DNA of 64,000 bases from positions 134,478,001 to 134,542,000 of the forward strand of contig OX597817.1 of the NCBI GenBank assembly GCA_951406725.2, in the 5' to 3' direction. Positions 12,951 to 27,216 of the stretch are shown here, in pieces. A program made the position numbers and the translations under genes. How positions within the stretch are numbered: position 1 is the stretch's first letter; every line of letters begins with the position of its first letter. The notes beneath the pieces were generated by a model. That model worked only from the letters and a program-made list of their open reading frames with translations, was not told where the DNA came from and did no database searches. Source of the DNA: Octopus vulgaris (taxonomy: Eukaryota).

Positions 12951-15214
12951 GTTCACCCTGAAAAGGGTGATTAGAATAGAATCGACAAGTTTTAGCAAAG
13001 GACTAGCAGTAAAAAGAAACGGAGCAGAGGCAGGGCTAGTTAAAAGTTTAGACGAGGCTTTTAGAAAAGCCATCGTACTGCGACGCAGGGAGATTGGTAC
13101 TCGACCAATTCTTCAACGCGAAACACGAAGGTTGTGTTGTCAGAGCTTAGGCACGAGCACTTAGACACGAAGGGACGAACGCCGTTCAATAGGCCGGAGT
13201 GGCAAAGACACGGCGCGGCAATAAATCCATGGATTACGACGGGCAAAATGATAACAGATCCGAGACAGATTTGCGCGGCCTTTCATCGGCACTTCTCTCA
13301 ATTGATAGGGAGCAGCGGTGAGTTGGATCGCAGAATGGATTTCACGTCCTACCTCGACGTACAGCTGCGGCTGTCGGAGACGGAGTACTGCGAAACGCCG
13401 ATAAAAGAATTTGAAATACGGGAAGCAATGGCTAGCTGCACGAGGGGTAAATCGCTTGGTTTGGATGGTCTGCCCTACGAGCTTTACGCTTACATTCCAG
13501 ACTTGTTCGGCGACCTCTTAGCAAACGTTTACTGCAACTGGTGATAGAATGGGAGAATTCCCAGTTTTGTGATCCTGAAGAACGGTGGTTTTGGGTCTGT
13601 ATTCGGGTCTGTATTCAGGGGCTGAATCACTGCAATGCACAGCGACATCTGTTCAGTGGTTAGAGTGAATGGCCACCTCTCAGAGCCGTTCAACATGATG
13701 CACTAGGTCCGGCAAGGTTGCCCCCAACTCTCTCGTCTCTCTTGTATGCACTGACTCTCGAGACAATACTACACAAATCGGAGGCGTTGAGAGGCATCCC
13801 TCGTGGTCTAGGACGTGGGAGATGCGTGTCGGCATATGCCGACAACGTCACCATAGTGGTGTCGGTTCTTAAACACATAGAAACGATCAACACCGCTCTC
13901 AGGGACTGCGATGTGGTTTCAGAAGCGACAATTAACTAAGAAATATCAGTGGGCTTGCGGCTCGGCACCTGGAGAAGCAAGTCTATGCTGTCCGACTGCG
14001 TCGTTGGGCGCTGGACAGACAGACTGGTTAAATTGCACGGAATTTGGTTCGGTCTGGAACTCCAGATGGACTAAACTGGGACGAGGTAACGAGCAGTTTG
14101 ACTACTCTTACCCAGAAATGGGTCGAGAGAAAGCTATCCCTGAAAGGTCGGGCAGAGGTGGCTAAAGCGCATATCGCGTCCGTCATCTACTATCGCTTGA
14201 CCGTAGTGCCTTGTTCCGACCACCGTCTGATTACCCTGGAGAGTATACTCTTCCACTTCATGGGGGAAGGGACGCGTCCCGATTATCAAGTGGTCAATCT
14301 GCTGTCAAAACCCACTGAATTGTGACCTGGTCATGCAGTGGTTAACTAAGTGCAGACATGCGGTAAGGCTAAGACATATCCAGAGCTTCCTTGGCGGTAA
14401 ATAGGCGTGGTCGCCGTTCGCCGGAAACATATTTCCGCAGCTAGTTTCTTAACGGAGCTGCAGTCCTGGGTAAAATAGAGACTGAGATGGGGCATTTGGA
14501 AAGTGGATTGTCTTGAAGCGCTCACAGCCCTCAGCCAAGCGGACAGTGCGATAGGTGGAACGTTCACTTTAGATTTTCATAGAGGATTAGTGGAGGAAAA
14601 GTGTGACGACGTTCTGGAGATACCTTGAATGTCGAAGAAGGTCAACTAGCCGCTCTTTTCCGCAGACATTTCAGCCGGGACCGATAGGTGATTTTCAAAA
14701 ATCTCTGGCCTGGCAGTGCTACCGGGGAGCTTTGCCTGTTCGAGATAAACTTTACAGGCATCGAAGTGCCGTCAGCCGAGCATGTCCAAAATACACACAG
14801 GACGACGAGACGGTGCTGCATGCATTCGTCCAGTGACGAATGCAGGAGCACCATCGAGCATTGCTGACCCATGGGTTTATGCCCAACACCTGCAGCCGCG
14901 CGTGGCACAGATACGGCTTCAAATAAATCCATCGTGAATATTGCAGTGACGACTTTCTTTAACCGGGAAAGAAAGGCTGTGTTTATATCCCAGGTGGCTA
15001 TGGCGAAAGATGTATGATGGACGAGATTAAAGGAGCTGAAGACAAACACTTTTCTCTTTGGTCAATCCCTGATCAACTTCTTCAAGCTTCACTTGAAAAG
15101 GAAAATAAGGGTAGAGAGAGGGAAGTGTTGTCTTCTGGCCAGTTTGCTGAAAGGTGTATGAAAGTGGCGAGAATAGTGAGAGTGAACAGGCCTGCCCTGA
15201 GAATACGCCTGTAA
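12951..15214 (+). mobile_element. Decayed Tx1/L1-clade LINE ORF2 (reverse transcriptase and C-terminal Zn knuckle), 5'-truncated
   Basis: Across frameshifts: KSLGLDGLPYELY, RQGCP, SAYADNVT, LSLKGRAEVAK, ALPVRDKL, CPKYTQDDETVLHAF. Multiple stops and internal deletions. Confidence 0.85.
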
Positions 15215-15464
15215 TTGTAAAAAAGGGTAAGGAAAATAGGCACCTGCTCCAAAAGTCAGGTTACCCATGGTTTTTCTTTATGAAGTTTTTACATGAGCAG
15301 CCCTCGAACGTCTCCTTCCTATTGAAGATTACACATTGCTGAGATTTTTAAATTTTGTTGGTCTCCTTTACGCGCAAAATCCTCACACACACATACTTTC
15401 TTTTGTTCTGTAGTATCCAAAATGTTTTTCTCAATGTAAAAACATGTGGTTATTAAATAAATCC

Positions 15465-15645
<181 letters not shown>

Positions 15646-15970
15646 TGTCTTTGCACAGCTTCTAACGCTGGAGATGTACTAGAACGTCAGCTCTTCACTA
15701 CCAGTGAACTAAGGTAACACTTATTTTTCGAGCACCTTCCGGAGTATCCCAGCAGTTCCAAGCAGTGCTGTTTTCTGCAAGTGCTCCACCCTTATTGCAG
15801 TCCCTATTTGTTCCATGTACTTCTCGAGATTTTTGCTCACTGTTCCCGGGGCTCCGACAATTATTGGTACTACTACCACCTTTTTTATCGACCCCAACTG
15901 CTCAACCTCCCAAAGCTAACCTGTCATATCTATCGACTTTTCTTTCTTCCTTATCGCATACCTTGTTGTC
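15646..15970 (-). mobile_element. R4/Dong-type LINE 3' end, lineage B
   Basis: Minus strand encodes DKEERKVDRYDRLA...KKVVVVPIIVGAPGTVSKNLEKYMEQIG...HLQKTALLGTAGILRKVLEK* then a short 3' UTR. (TAA)n on both sides. Second copy at 43341-43657. Confidence 0.8.
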
Positions 15971-15971
15971 A

Positions 15972-16035
<64 letters not shown>

Positions 16036-16036
<1 letters not shown>

Positions 16037-16320
16037 AGCTATTACATGTTAATTCTGTTGCGGAGTGTTATTTTGAGGTTTAGTAAGAGAAATTCTCCTC
16101 AAATGTCAAACATCTTTCTCAAGATTATTGCTGAATGCAGGATATCACTTTTCTGCCAGTAATTTTAGTCTTCGACAATTTCTTCATTTCTCTGCTTGGA
16201 TCAGGATATTTTTCAATCTTCTCAATTTCGTTCTTACCTTTTCGCATTGAATTATATTACTTGTTTGGTCATATCGGGTCTCTGGCTTCAAAAACTGTGG
16301 TCATAATATCACAATATTTT
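16036..16320 (-). mobile_element. Decayed R4/Dong-type LINE 3' end
   Basis: Minus strand gives NEIEKIEKYPDPSREMKKL and QKSDILHSAIILRKMFDI*, then runs into (TAA)n at 15971-16035. Confidence 0.55.
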
Positions 16321-16364
16321 TGCGATCCTCCGCCTCCTCCTCCCCATCATCATCGTTATCATCA

Positions 16365-16395
<31 letters not shown>

Positions 16396-16400
16396 CATCA

Positions 16401-16457
<57 letters not shown>

Positions 16458-16458
<1 letters not shown>

Positions 16459-16740
16459 AAATATTATACTCTTTAATAGCTAGCAGGGATGTGTTATCAT
16501 TGTTATGATCTTTGGTGATAACATGTTACCTCAGATCTCAAGACTATTTTCTTAGAATTCCTACCGAATTCAGTATTGCAGTTTCCTTACACTGACATTG
16601 CGATATTCGGTTCTAGTATCCCTCAGACTTTTAGGTAGCATTTTTGGAGTTGTGTTCAACTTAGTCTTCCACAGTGCTTTCATGTCACTGTCTCGGCTCC
16701 CATAATTCTCTCTTTCTTTGGCATCTACTTTATAAAGTAT
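16458..16740 (-). mobile_element. Highly decayed R4/Dong-type LINE 3' end
   Basis: Minus strand gives MKALWKTK and KETAILNSVGILRK, resembling the QK..LLGTA.ILRK terminus, then (TAA)n at 16402-16457. Confidence 0.45.
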
Positions 16741-17200
16741 AAAACCTACGGTTGTACTCTGTATTTTTTACCTTGGTAGTTTGTTTATTTAATCTCTTCA
16801 GTCAAACACTGGGGAGAAAAAATATAAATATGGCTCGAATAATAAATTTCCCATGATCATATCTGTATCAATCTTATTAGCCCTACTTAGAATAGGGACA
16901 TAGTAACAAGTGTCATATAGTCTTGCTCCTGAATATGAGGCTGGGGAAGTCTAAAAAAGTTGGTGATGCATTTTGGAATATTCCCCTAACGAAAAAACGT
17001 CATGCACTTATTGATAAAAACCTTGATAAAGCGAGATTAACTACAGATGATTGGCTGAAGTAAGGTAGAAGAAACTTATCTGCCTGCAAACAGCTACAAT
17101 AACTAGGCAACATATTTGAACTCTTTGTACAAGAAAGGTTTCAGTAACCATATATATATACAACACAGACACAAAGACATGCACATACACACACACACAG

Positions 17201-17235
<35 letters not shown>

Positions 17236-18563
17236 AGGACATTTGCAAATATAGGCACACACATGCTTTTGTATACACAACGAATTTGTTTCTGTCTTAC
17301 TTATAGAATATCTCAATGTATAAAATGTTTCACGATTCGACGTTTTCCGGAGGAAGAAAAGTTAAAAATTCCACGAAAATAAAAATAAAACAAACAAATT
17401 GAAAGAGAGAGAGAAGAAGAAAAGAAAGAGAGAAGAGGAAAATAAAAGGAAGATAAAGAGGGGGAGAAAAGAGAGAGTAGAGAGAAAGAAAGGGAAAGCC
17501 AGCGAAATTAAGTAGAGAAGATTCACGTCTTATGAAAGATGGGCTCAGTAGGAAAATAATGAAAGTAAGAAAGTGGCTTTTTGCCAAATGATCTGATCGA
17601 AATTATCTACATTGCATTATCTCCTACACGGCAGCCATAGAGTGACGCCAAATAATGCCTGAGGACAAAAAGGCACCAGAAAGCTGTAAGGTAAAACAGT
17701 GATAAACGAAACTGGAGAGGAGAATATATTCTAGCTTCTAAGATATTCACCGAACAAAGAATATCTTGAAATTTTAAACACATTACCATAATGAGCCGTC
17801 TTTCTGTGTGATTTATTGGAAAAAATCGAATATCAAACCAACAAACAACCGTTCTGCGTTGTCTTCTTTATAGATGTCAGGTGACCGGTTTACTGTAGAC
17901 ATTGGTGTTGTTTATTCCTCTTGTAACTGATTTAGTCACACACGCGCGCGCACAGACTGACATATCCTGCTTCTCTCTCTCTCTCACCCTTTCTCTCTCT
18001 CTCTCACACACACTCTTACACGCAAACATATGCACACATAAATACACACTTAAACATACACACACACATCACTCTTCGCCTCCTCTTCCTCCTCGTCATC
18101 AACAATATCATCATCATTACACAGGTTTAAACTGCACTCCACTTAGTAGAGAACAAATCACATCTGATAGGAAACCGTTACTAATAGGTAAACAACCTTG
18201 CTAGAAGTAACAGGCAAACTCTCTCTTTACTACACTACTTCCATTAATAGAGGAAGGGCAAATTCGGTAATGTAATTTTGGAACCACAGGCGAAAAGCTC
18301 CTGGGCAGAAAAGCTTCGATCATTGGTTTTATTTCCCATGGACTGCCTGGTGTTTAACAACGAACAACAATAACAGCAAGAATGAAAACAACAACAACAA
18401 TAAAAACGTTCAACTCGAATTCCCTTCGAATCCCTACTATTATGCTGTGTCCTCATAGATACAGGAATATTATAATGTTGAATATTATAAGGTTTCATAT
18501 GTAGTTATATTTGGGGACGGTCATTTTGCCAATAAATACAAGCACTGTTTATTTCATCTTCAC

Positions 18564-18631
<68 letters not shown>

Positions 18632-18636
18632 CATTA

Positions 18637-18742
18637 TTGAGTGTGAGGGCAGTGCATGCCATCAAAGTGACACTGGGTTAAAATATACGAAGCCCAGTAT
18701 ACCCATCATGACTACCCGTCTGATAAGGCTACACCAGGCACA
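18637..18742 (-). mobile_element. 3' end of a (TAA)n-associated retroelement, lineage C
   Basis: Reverse complement of 43169-43275. Flanked on both sides by (TTA)n arrays. Confidence 0.7.
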
Positions 18743-18796
<54 letters not shown>

Positions 18797-18837
18797 CATC
18801 ATCATCATCATCATCATCATCATTATTATTATTATTT

Positions 18838-19050
18838 AAGGCACGGAACTGCCGAAATCGTTAGAACGCTGAAGGAAATACTTAGCGGTATTTAGCCCGT
18901 CGCTCCTATTTCAATACAAATTCCGCCGAGGTCGACCTGCTTTCATCTTTTTAGGAGTCGATGATATAAGTACCAGCTACACACTGGGGTCAATGTAATC
19001 CACACACCCTCTCCCAGCAAATTTTAGGCCTTGTGCCGATAATAGAAAGG
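18838..19050 (+). mobile_element. SINE family B, diverged full-length copy
   Basis: CAAATTCCGCCGAGGTCGAC...AAGTACCAG...CACTGGGGTC...GGCCTTGTGCCGATAATAGAAAGG. Confidence 0.75.
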
Positions 19051-19061
19051 ATTATTATTAT

Positions 19062-19338
19062 TTTCTCTTTATCACAGGTTTTGTGGGATGCGTTTGCATG
19101 CGTAGCGGGCTTACTACCTGTAACCTACGGTAGCATGCTATTCATTCTTTTCAGCTATCCAATACTTTCCTGATTATTCTGGCCGTGCCAAAGAGGCAAA
19201 CCTTTTCTAACAGTTCTACTGGGCACTCTACTCCAGTTTCCTTTAAATTCCACTTGATACCTTCTGAAACTGTTCCCAAGGACCAAACAATCATTGGCAC
19301 TATCTTCTCCTTCTTTAATTTTCCATAGCTGGGCTATT
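19062..19338 (-). mobile_element. R4/Dong-type LINE 3' end, lineage D
   Basis: Minus strand gives IAQLWKI, then in a shifted frame KIVPMIVWSLGTVSEGIKWNLKETGVECPVELLEKVCLFGTARIIRKVLDS*. The 3' UTR ends in short (TAA)n; (TGA)n lies upstream. Confidence 0.7.
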
Positions 19339-19387
19339 ATATCATCATCATCATCAGCAGCAGCAGCAGCATATACACATGGGCGCA

Positions 19388-19544
<157 letters not shown>

Positions 19545-19729
19545 GCAGGGCAGTCAGCCTAAATATATGATGGAAGTCGTTTCGCAATGTCTCGTGAAAC
19601 AAGTTGCAACCAAGATTATTATGTCCAAATTCAACATTTTAAAGTTATTCTTTTCTTCTTTTCTTCTTTTATACGTTTCATCCTAATCTTTTGGGTTGGC
19701 TTTTGGTGAGGGACGCTGATGGATATCGC

Positions 19730-19875
19730 TGCCTTTTTTGAATTTCTTGTCGTGATGTAGGTTCAACTCAGACGTTGGGAAGAAAAAGGTCAAGTTGAAA
19801 AGCTCTATCTCTACTCCTCGTAGATTTCTCAGATTGCTTGGGAAGATATTAAACAGCCATGAGTCCTTCAATACA
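19730..19875 (-). mobile_element. CR1/L2-group LINE 3' fragment
   Basis: WLFNIFPSNLRNLRGVEIELF resembles the LFN.LP..LR......FK..LD.FL C-terminus of CR1/L2-group ORF2. Confidence 0.55.
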
Positions 19876-20352
19876 TGGGCTTTTTTATACTATATATCAT
19901 ACAGGATCCAACGATTGTGACATTTCTACCAAACGTCGAGGGATGGATAGTAGTTTCGCATATTTTCAGCATCAGAGATTTAAACCCCAAGTAATCAGAA
20001 ACACGAATTAGTGGCAAGGACGGGGCAATATCGCCCATAAAGTTATCTAATATTCTCTAACATGCACGAATATTAAATTGACATGGTTATAGAAGCAGAA
20101 CTGGATAAGGTTTTTCATTACAATCTGTCGTATTATTAAAAGAGAAATGATGGTGTTTTAAAATAAAACGATGTCCTGAAATCTATAGAGGACTGAACTG
20201 GTGTAAAGAGATTTATTTGGTTGGACAGAAGGGATCAGATGGAATAGGTGTTATTGGAATATATTCACTTTGCTGGAGATATTGGATAGTGTTTTATCGT
20301 AGTAATTATTGAAAATATATCTAAATAATACGTCATGCATATGTGCATATAT

Positions 20353-20880
20353 CTATATATATAAAACTCAATATGTGTGTCTGTGTGTGTTTCTGTGTGT
20401 GTGTCTGTGTGTTTAACGTCCCAGCACATCTCCTCCTAGCCAACAAATCGTAGAACCACAAAAAATGGGTCACTTAAAGTTTAGGCGAATGAAAATTGAA
20501 CTGTGCTATTTCTGTTCCGAAATTCATCTCGCAGGTGCAAAAGTCGATAATGTATTTGTTTAGGCCTTATCCCATGCATTGAATAGTGAAATTTACTCAG
20601 TCAGCTGTTTGACGTGAACTGTGTTCACCACGTGTGCAAGCATGCGTAAATTGCATGAAAAATAAAAAAGTCAAGATATAAAAACCAATCGCCGTAAACA
20701 TGTAGAAATTCGCAAAGAAATGAATTTTCGGGATGTAACCTGGAGGGTTTTTCGTATTAATCGATTGGACTTTGTGAACACATACCAATTGTTTTCATAA
20801 CATTTTTAACGCTTTGAATTAAATGTGACCATATTGCGTTGAGTCTGCAGTTTGAATCACTTTAACCAAATTATAGCAGG
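20353..20880 (+). mobile_element. Probable non-autonomous Helitron 5' portion (3' limit uncertain)
   Basis: Starts A|TCTATATATATAAAA followed by a (GT/GTCT)n tract, typical of non-autonomous Helitron 5' ends. No CTRR 3' end identified. Confidence 0.4.
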
Positions 20881-21031
20881 CCGGATTTTTGATCATCACG
20901 ATATATCGCCAGCGACTCCCTGAAAACTCCGTTGAGAAATCTATTATATATATAATAATACTTTGAATGTGACTCCTGAGAAAGAGTAAAAGTAATTATC
21001 CGATGAACGACGGGTATTACTGTTAGTATAC

Positions 21032-21142
<111 letters not shown>

Positions 21143-21257
21143 CATCTGCATGTAAGAGTACAGGACGTCACCAACAGTGCAAATAACATGAAATACCTAA
21201 ACAACGAGAAAAACATATCTTCTCTAGAATAATTATTGCTTAAACATTTTCCCACAC

Positions 21258-21306
21258 TGTCTCCGATGAAGGGATATATAAAATATCTCGGAAACAGCTA
21301 TAAAAC
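21258..21306 (+). ncRNA. Decayed type I hammerhead ribozyme
   Basis: TGTCT-CCGATGA-A GGGATAT ataaa ATATCTC G-GAAA-C AGCT A-TA-AAAC. Core U4 and stem III G are mutated. Same layout as 46034-46089. Confidence 0.5.
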
Positions 21307-21413
21307 CTATATATAAATGTTGTGAAACTTTCACACCCTTGGATTGTTTTTATCTCATTCTGTTATTTTTTTAATAAAGTATGAATATATATTTATGTAT
21401 ATACATGTATGTG

Positions 21414-21483
<70 letters not shown>

Positions 21484-21662
21484 TGCGTGAGTGAACAATA
21501 TGAATAAACCTCGGCGAATCTTATCCTTAAATTTGTAAAACAGTCGAAGGCTTTCTTAAAAGTGAAGTCGAAATATGCACTAGCATTGTAATACAAAATA
21601 ACTATAAGGTGTAAAGTCAAATCCAAATGCGGCAATCGAAATTTTCCGAATGTCAAAGCGTT

Positions 21663-23120
21663 TTATTCATACGGTATTTTATCAGTTGACATTTTAAACC
21701 TCGTGGCATGCCTGCAAGTATTTAAGGGCTTACGTCTCTCGTTCACAGCATGTTTATCCTGGAACAGGTTGAGGAACTTTTCTGAGAAGCAAATATTACA
21801 TTTTATGGGTCTTTTATAAGCTCCATGTCTGTATGCTTTTTCTAGAATTTCCCTGGTTACATCGAATGGACGGGTGTCATACTCTTTCACTTCCCAAACA
21901 TGCTTTGCAAGACTTATTGCTGTCCTATTCTCAGGGTACCGGAAATAATTTCAGTGAGAATAGACTCGAGTCTTGAATGAATTTTCCGAAGTTCCTGTGT
22001 ATGATTTATATACTTGTGACCCATCTACTTGCAATTTAGTTCTATAAGCTATTCCTTTTTCAAGATATTTACCTTCCAACGGGCAGCAAGTCTTATCTCT
22101 GAATTTGCAGTTCCTCTTATTAGATTCGGCACTGTAGTTGTTTGTAATAATTTTCGTCTTATGCAGACTGATAAAAGAGGCGAAGCTTTTGCAACAAGAA
22201 TAGCTAACCTTCATTGATCTCCTATTAAAAATTCTATAGAACTTATGGCTAGATTGAAAATGCTTAAAAACTAATTTTAAGAATTCCCCTAACTATATTC
22301 GTTTTTACGGCAATATTGAATGCGGGGTTAAACCACAACATTTTCCTAGTTCTAGTTTTATGTGGTCTATTATTGTTAGAATTAGTTTGACTCTACTGGA
22401 TCTTTTCCTAGAATCCACTTTTCCTTGATGCACTATTATAACACGGCGAGCCATTTTGAAATGCTGTCAAATCCGAACTTATTGAGGATACGCGCCTTCC
22501 TATATTACTAACTAGGTTCTTAAGAATTACGGATGGATGATTAGCTGCTTTGCTGATATAACATAATTTTCATTTGGCTTATGGTAGGGTTTAAATTTAT
22601 CTAATTGCAAATCTAAGTAGAGATCTAAAACAATTTTACGTTATTAAGGTTACTTTCTATCATAATCCGTAAGACCATTCTTTGGAAGAAAGTAATCAGA
22701 TTCTTCCTAAGTTTATCTAAGTCATGGCTGTTTAAATTATGGGTGACTACAAGACCCTCATCCCAGTATAAGCCTTCATCTATAAAAGGGAATTCTAGAT
22801 GTAGATTATGCAAAATATAAGTTCCTATAAGCATACACAATTCCGCTCCATTATATGCCCCCCATCGGTACATCGAAAAGAGAATCTTCACTCTTTTTGA
22901 CCCAAGTGGAATTATCACGAAAAGGAAGGGATTTCCTTACATGCAGGATAATAAATATTCCGAGCTATTGGTGGTGACATACTGCTTGGCGAAATCTCAT
23001 GCTTTTAGAAGCAAAAGCCTAGAGATTAACGGGTAAAAATCAACAATATCAAACTGTGTAAATTTGCAATTATGCCTCTGGCTACTTCTTTTGAACTAAT
23101 CTATCACTGACTTGCCATTT
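21663..23120 (-). mobile_element. Decayed Penelope-like element (RT and GIY-YIG endonuclease)
   Basis: Across frameshifts and stops: FTQFDIVDFYP, GAYNGAELCMLIG, GLYWDEGL, KVSYSCC, CPLEGKYL..GIAY...YTGTSENSFKTR...H, KCNICFSEK, LNTCRH. Confidence 0.9.
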
Positions 23121-23185
23121 TTTCAAATCCGTAAATATATACATCATAACGTATATACGCAAACATTTTTAAAAACTGTATGGTA

Positions 23186-23329
23186 TTCTTTTACTTGTTT
23201 CAGTCATTTTGACTGCGGCCATGCTGGAGCACCGCCTTTAGCCGAGCAAATCGACCCCGCGACTTATTCTTTGTAAGCCCAGTACTTATTCTATCGGTCT
23301 CTTTTTGCCGAACCGCTAAGTGACGGGGA
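23186..23329 (-). mobile_element. SINE family A, 3' fragment
   Basis: Near-identical to the reverse complement of 372-505. Confidence 0.8.
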
Positions 23330-23860
23330 AATATATATATTAAAATGTTAGAATAAAGAAATTGCACAATAGATATATATAACATAATTATTTTGGACCA
23401 CCAAGCCTCCAGAAACTGCTCTTGGACTCATAAAACTCTAACTCAACCCCTTAGTTGCTGATATCATTACCATTCTGCGTAAATCGGTCTTTTTTATATG
23501 TAAACCTATGTACATTTTTTGTATAAAATATCGATAATATTTTTTTGTTTATCGACTTGCCCCACTTGCTTGTCCTTACACTATTTAACTTCTTTAAAAT
23601 ACGATCTAAAAAATATTTGCTAATAATACCTATTTCAGTTTTAGCCGGGTTAATTAGTCTACATTTAGGGTTTCTATTGAAATTAGCATCGTAGTATTTA
23701 AGGGTGATAAAGGGTTAGTGTGTGGTAGGGTATTCTATCCTATAATTAGCTTTAAGATTGTTAACAATTCTTTGTCTCCAAATTCACCTTTTTATAGAAA
23801 ATTGTGTTATGCTTTTTGTAGGTGTCAGTGAGGCTAAAAGTTGGCAGTCATTTCAGGATA

Positions 23861-24209
<349 letters not shown>

Positions 24210-24906
24210 GCGTCAACATGGGAGGCAGGCACTCCATACATTCGAAGTCACTGTTAACTTTTGACCTCCAGAAATTTAATAAATAGGTCCGCTCCTAAAA
24301 CGTTTGGAATAATCGGTCAGTTTAATATAAAGCATTAATATACGCGCGTTTGTGTGTATGTGTGTGCATGCGTGTGTGCGTCTATGTGCATTTGAATGTG
24401 TGTGCGTGCGCGTGTGTGTGTGTACCAGTGCTTGTGTGTGTGTGTATGTGTGTGTGCGAGTGTGTGTATGTGTAATGATATTTGCCTGAGCAACATAACT
24501 TTTGCATCTTTACATGTATTGATTTTGGTTATTTCAATATTGGGAATGTGTATATGATTCCTCCTGGGACTTCGGTTTGCACAAATCTTTAGAATCATAT
24601 TATCTCCATGAGCGGCTTACATTCCGAAGAATCGGTTTCCTTTTCACAATAAAAATAATTTGAAGCATAAAAGAACAAATATATTTTGTTATATTGGCAA
24701 AAGAAATAAAAGAATTTCCAATCTGACCCAATACCGTATCGTTATTTGAAACACAGGATGGCATAAATACATAACCTTAGAGTACAAATGATATTGGTAG
24801 ATAGTCTTTATACTGTAAAATTATGAAATGTACCTTTTATACTTAGTTTTTATATAAAGATCGATATATTTCAAATCGAACTGATTTAAACGCAATGAGA
24901 AAATTA

Positions 24907-25167
24907 TTTGGGTTGGTGCATAATCATTGCGGTTTTTTTTTTCAACAAAATTTATTCAACAAAAACAATCACAACATGTAATAAAAACATCTTTAAATGA
25001 TTATTCCGGAGCATATTCACGATCTACTTCAATTACTGCTACCCATTTGCTTGGCAGATAGTCAGACCCTCATTTAAAGATGCTTTTGTTGAATATGGGT
25101 ATTGATTTTGTTGAATAAAATTTGTTGATTAGAAAAAAAATGCCGCAATGATTATGCACCAACTCAC
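24907..25167 (-). mobile_element. Mariner-derived MITE
   Basis: About 55-bp inverted ends G(G/A)GTTGGTGCATAATCATTGCGG...TCAACAAA, Hsmar1/MADE1-like, flanked by TA. The interior minus strand encodes LPSKWVAVIEVDREY, a transposase C-terminus. Confidence 0.85.
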
Positions 25168-25365
25168 TAATTCATGAAAGATAATTTATCTCCAGAATTA
25201 TCACAGGTTTCTATGAGATGGATTATATTTTCATTCAGAACAGGTTTGGATAATCTCGGATAGCCCTGATGACTACACACACACACATATATGTATGTGT
25301 ATATATATATATATATACACACACACATATATATATATACATATATATGCATATATATATGTTTA

Positions 25366-25461
<96 letters not shown>

Positions 25462-25624
25462 TGCTTAGTTTCCGACTTTTTTTATATGTATACCCATGTA
25501 CATGTTTTTTATTAAATGTTGCTAATATTTTTTGCATATCGCCTTACCTCACTTGCTTGTCCTTACATTTACTGCCCTACCTGCCATCAGGCAAGTTATA
25601 CTAGTATTTACAGTAGAACAAAGT

Positions 25625-25810
25625 GCGCAGCGTAGTATTGTCAGGCTATTTACAGCTTCAGTTCAAATCCACTGAAGTCAACTCAACATTTCAAACTTTC
25701 AGGGTCGGGGTCGATCAAATAAAGTACCAGTGAAGTACTGAACTCGATGCAAGCAACTTGCACTGTCGTCTAAAATGTTTAACCTTCTACCAAAATGCGA
25801 AAGAATTATT
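25625..25810 (+). mobile_element. SINE family B, old diverged copy
   Basis: GTTCAAATCC...GTCAACT...GGGGTCGATCAAATAAAGTACCAG. Confidence 0.55.
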
Positions 25811-26086
25811 AAGGACCTCTAGACATTCTTCAATATGGTCTCTCTATATTCCGAAGCCAGAAACATTCACACTGAGTATCACTTTATCATTTCCTTTAAT
25901 TATTTCTGTTAATTAAATATTTAATTTGATTAATACAGTTATTCCCACTTATCAATAAGCTATATATGTAGTTGGCATGCTTCAAGTAATTCCCCCATTT
26001 AAGTCATATGGTCCGATGGATCGTTAGCGAAGTCCCGGTTATCAATATTACAATCGTATCAACTCTACAAACATTATACCTGTGTG

Positions 26087-26126
<40 letters not shown>

Positions 26127-26943
26127 GTATATATATAGTTTATATACATTGGGTATTTCCTGGCATTTTTCGGGCTTGTTTAGTCGTATCTTTATTTCCA
26201 TTCTGGTTCGCCTTTCTTATGGATGCAAACCTTAGAAAGGGATGTTTTAAAAAAAAATTGGAGGAGTACTGTTCGTAAGGTTATCCCATTGAATAGTAAC
26301 CGTCGATAAATTAACAAAATCTTGATAGTTTTTTTTCTATGATAACCTGTTCAATCGTTAGGCTACATTTGAATCAAGCAGCCATTTTCTTCAATTTTTT
26401 ACCATCAGCTATGTACTTGAATTAAAAGACCTTGATCTAATTTAAGAAGAATTTCTATCTTATGATGTCAATATTTTGTGCTGGTAATTTATAATGAAAT
26501 ATTTAAAATATGGAAATAAATGAGAGTGGTTTTTAAAGATTATAAAAATCGAATAAGCTTGGATTTTATTTAAAAAATTAATACATGACTGTTACGGCTA
26601 CAACCATAGCTCAAATCGTCTGTTTTGCTTCATTTCGTCAGCCGTGTGTTCTATCTGTAAAAAGGAGATTAAAATAAAGAATTAGGTGGAAAGAAAATCC
26701 AAGATGGAATTATATTTCCTTTTTCTCTTTTCTCTCTGACCCACATCGCTCACCCCATCTTACCACTCTCTCCACTTCTCTTTCTCTCTTTTTCTCTCAG
26801 TTTCTCTGTTTGCATCTGTTTCTCACTTTCTTTCATCTTACACTCCATCATTGTTTTGTTTTCTATAACAAAACCCTAAATTAATAACAACTGAAATTTC
26901 GATGAAATACAATCCACCGCCCTTATTCTCATTTACACACACA

Positions 26944-26997
<54 letters not shown>

Positions 26998-27216
26998 TCA
27001 CGTTTTTCCTTCTTCCTATTATTCTCCCATCTCTCTCCCTCTGAATCATCGTCGCTCCGATTATCAACCCTCCTCTTTCTTTCAGAGCATTTGAGAACCT
27101 CTTCCATATTAAAAACTACGTAGATTTAATTAACTCCGTCACTTTTGTAAAGTACAAGAATCCTTCTATAACGGAATGTCTTTTGAGGGAATCTGGCCGA
27201 GAGAAACAGAAAGAAA

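Noticed and set aside
17655-17690. Possible first coding exon MPEDKKAPESCK followed by GTAAAA
   Set aside because: Too short, weak donor, no homology. Expected by chance.
26590-26646. Minus-strand CTGACGA with ACGGC/GCCGT pairing
   Set aside because: No correctly placed GAAA or stem II.
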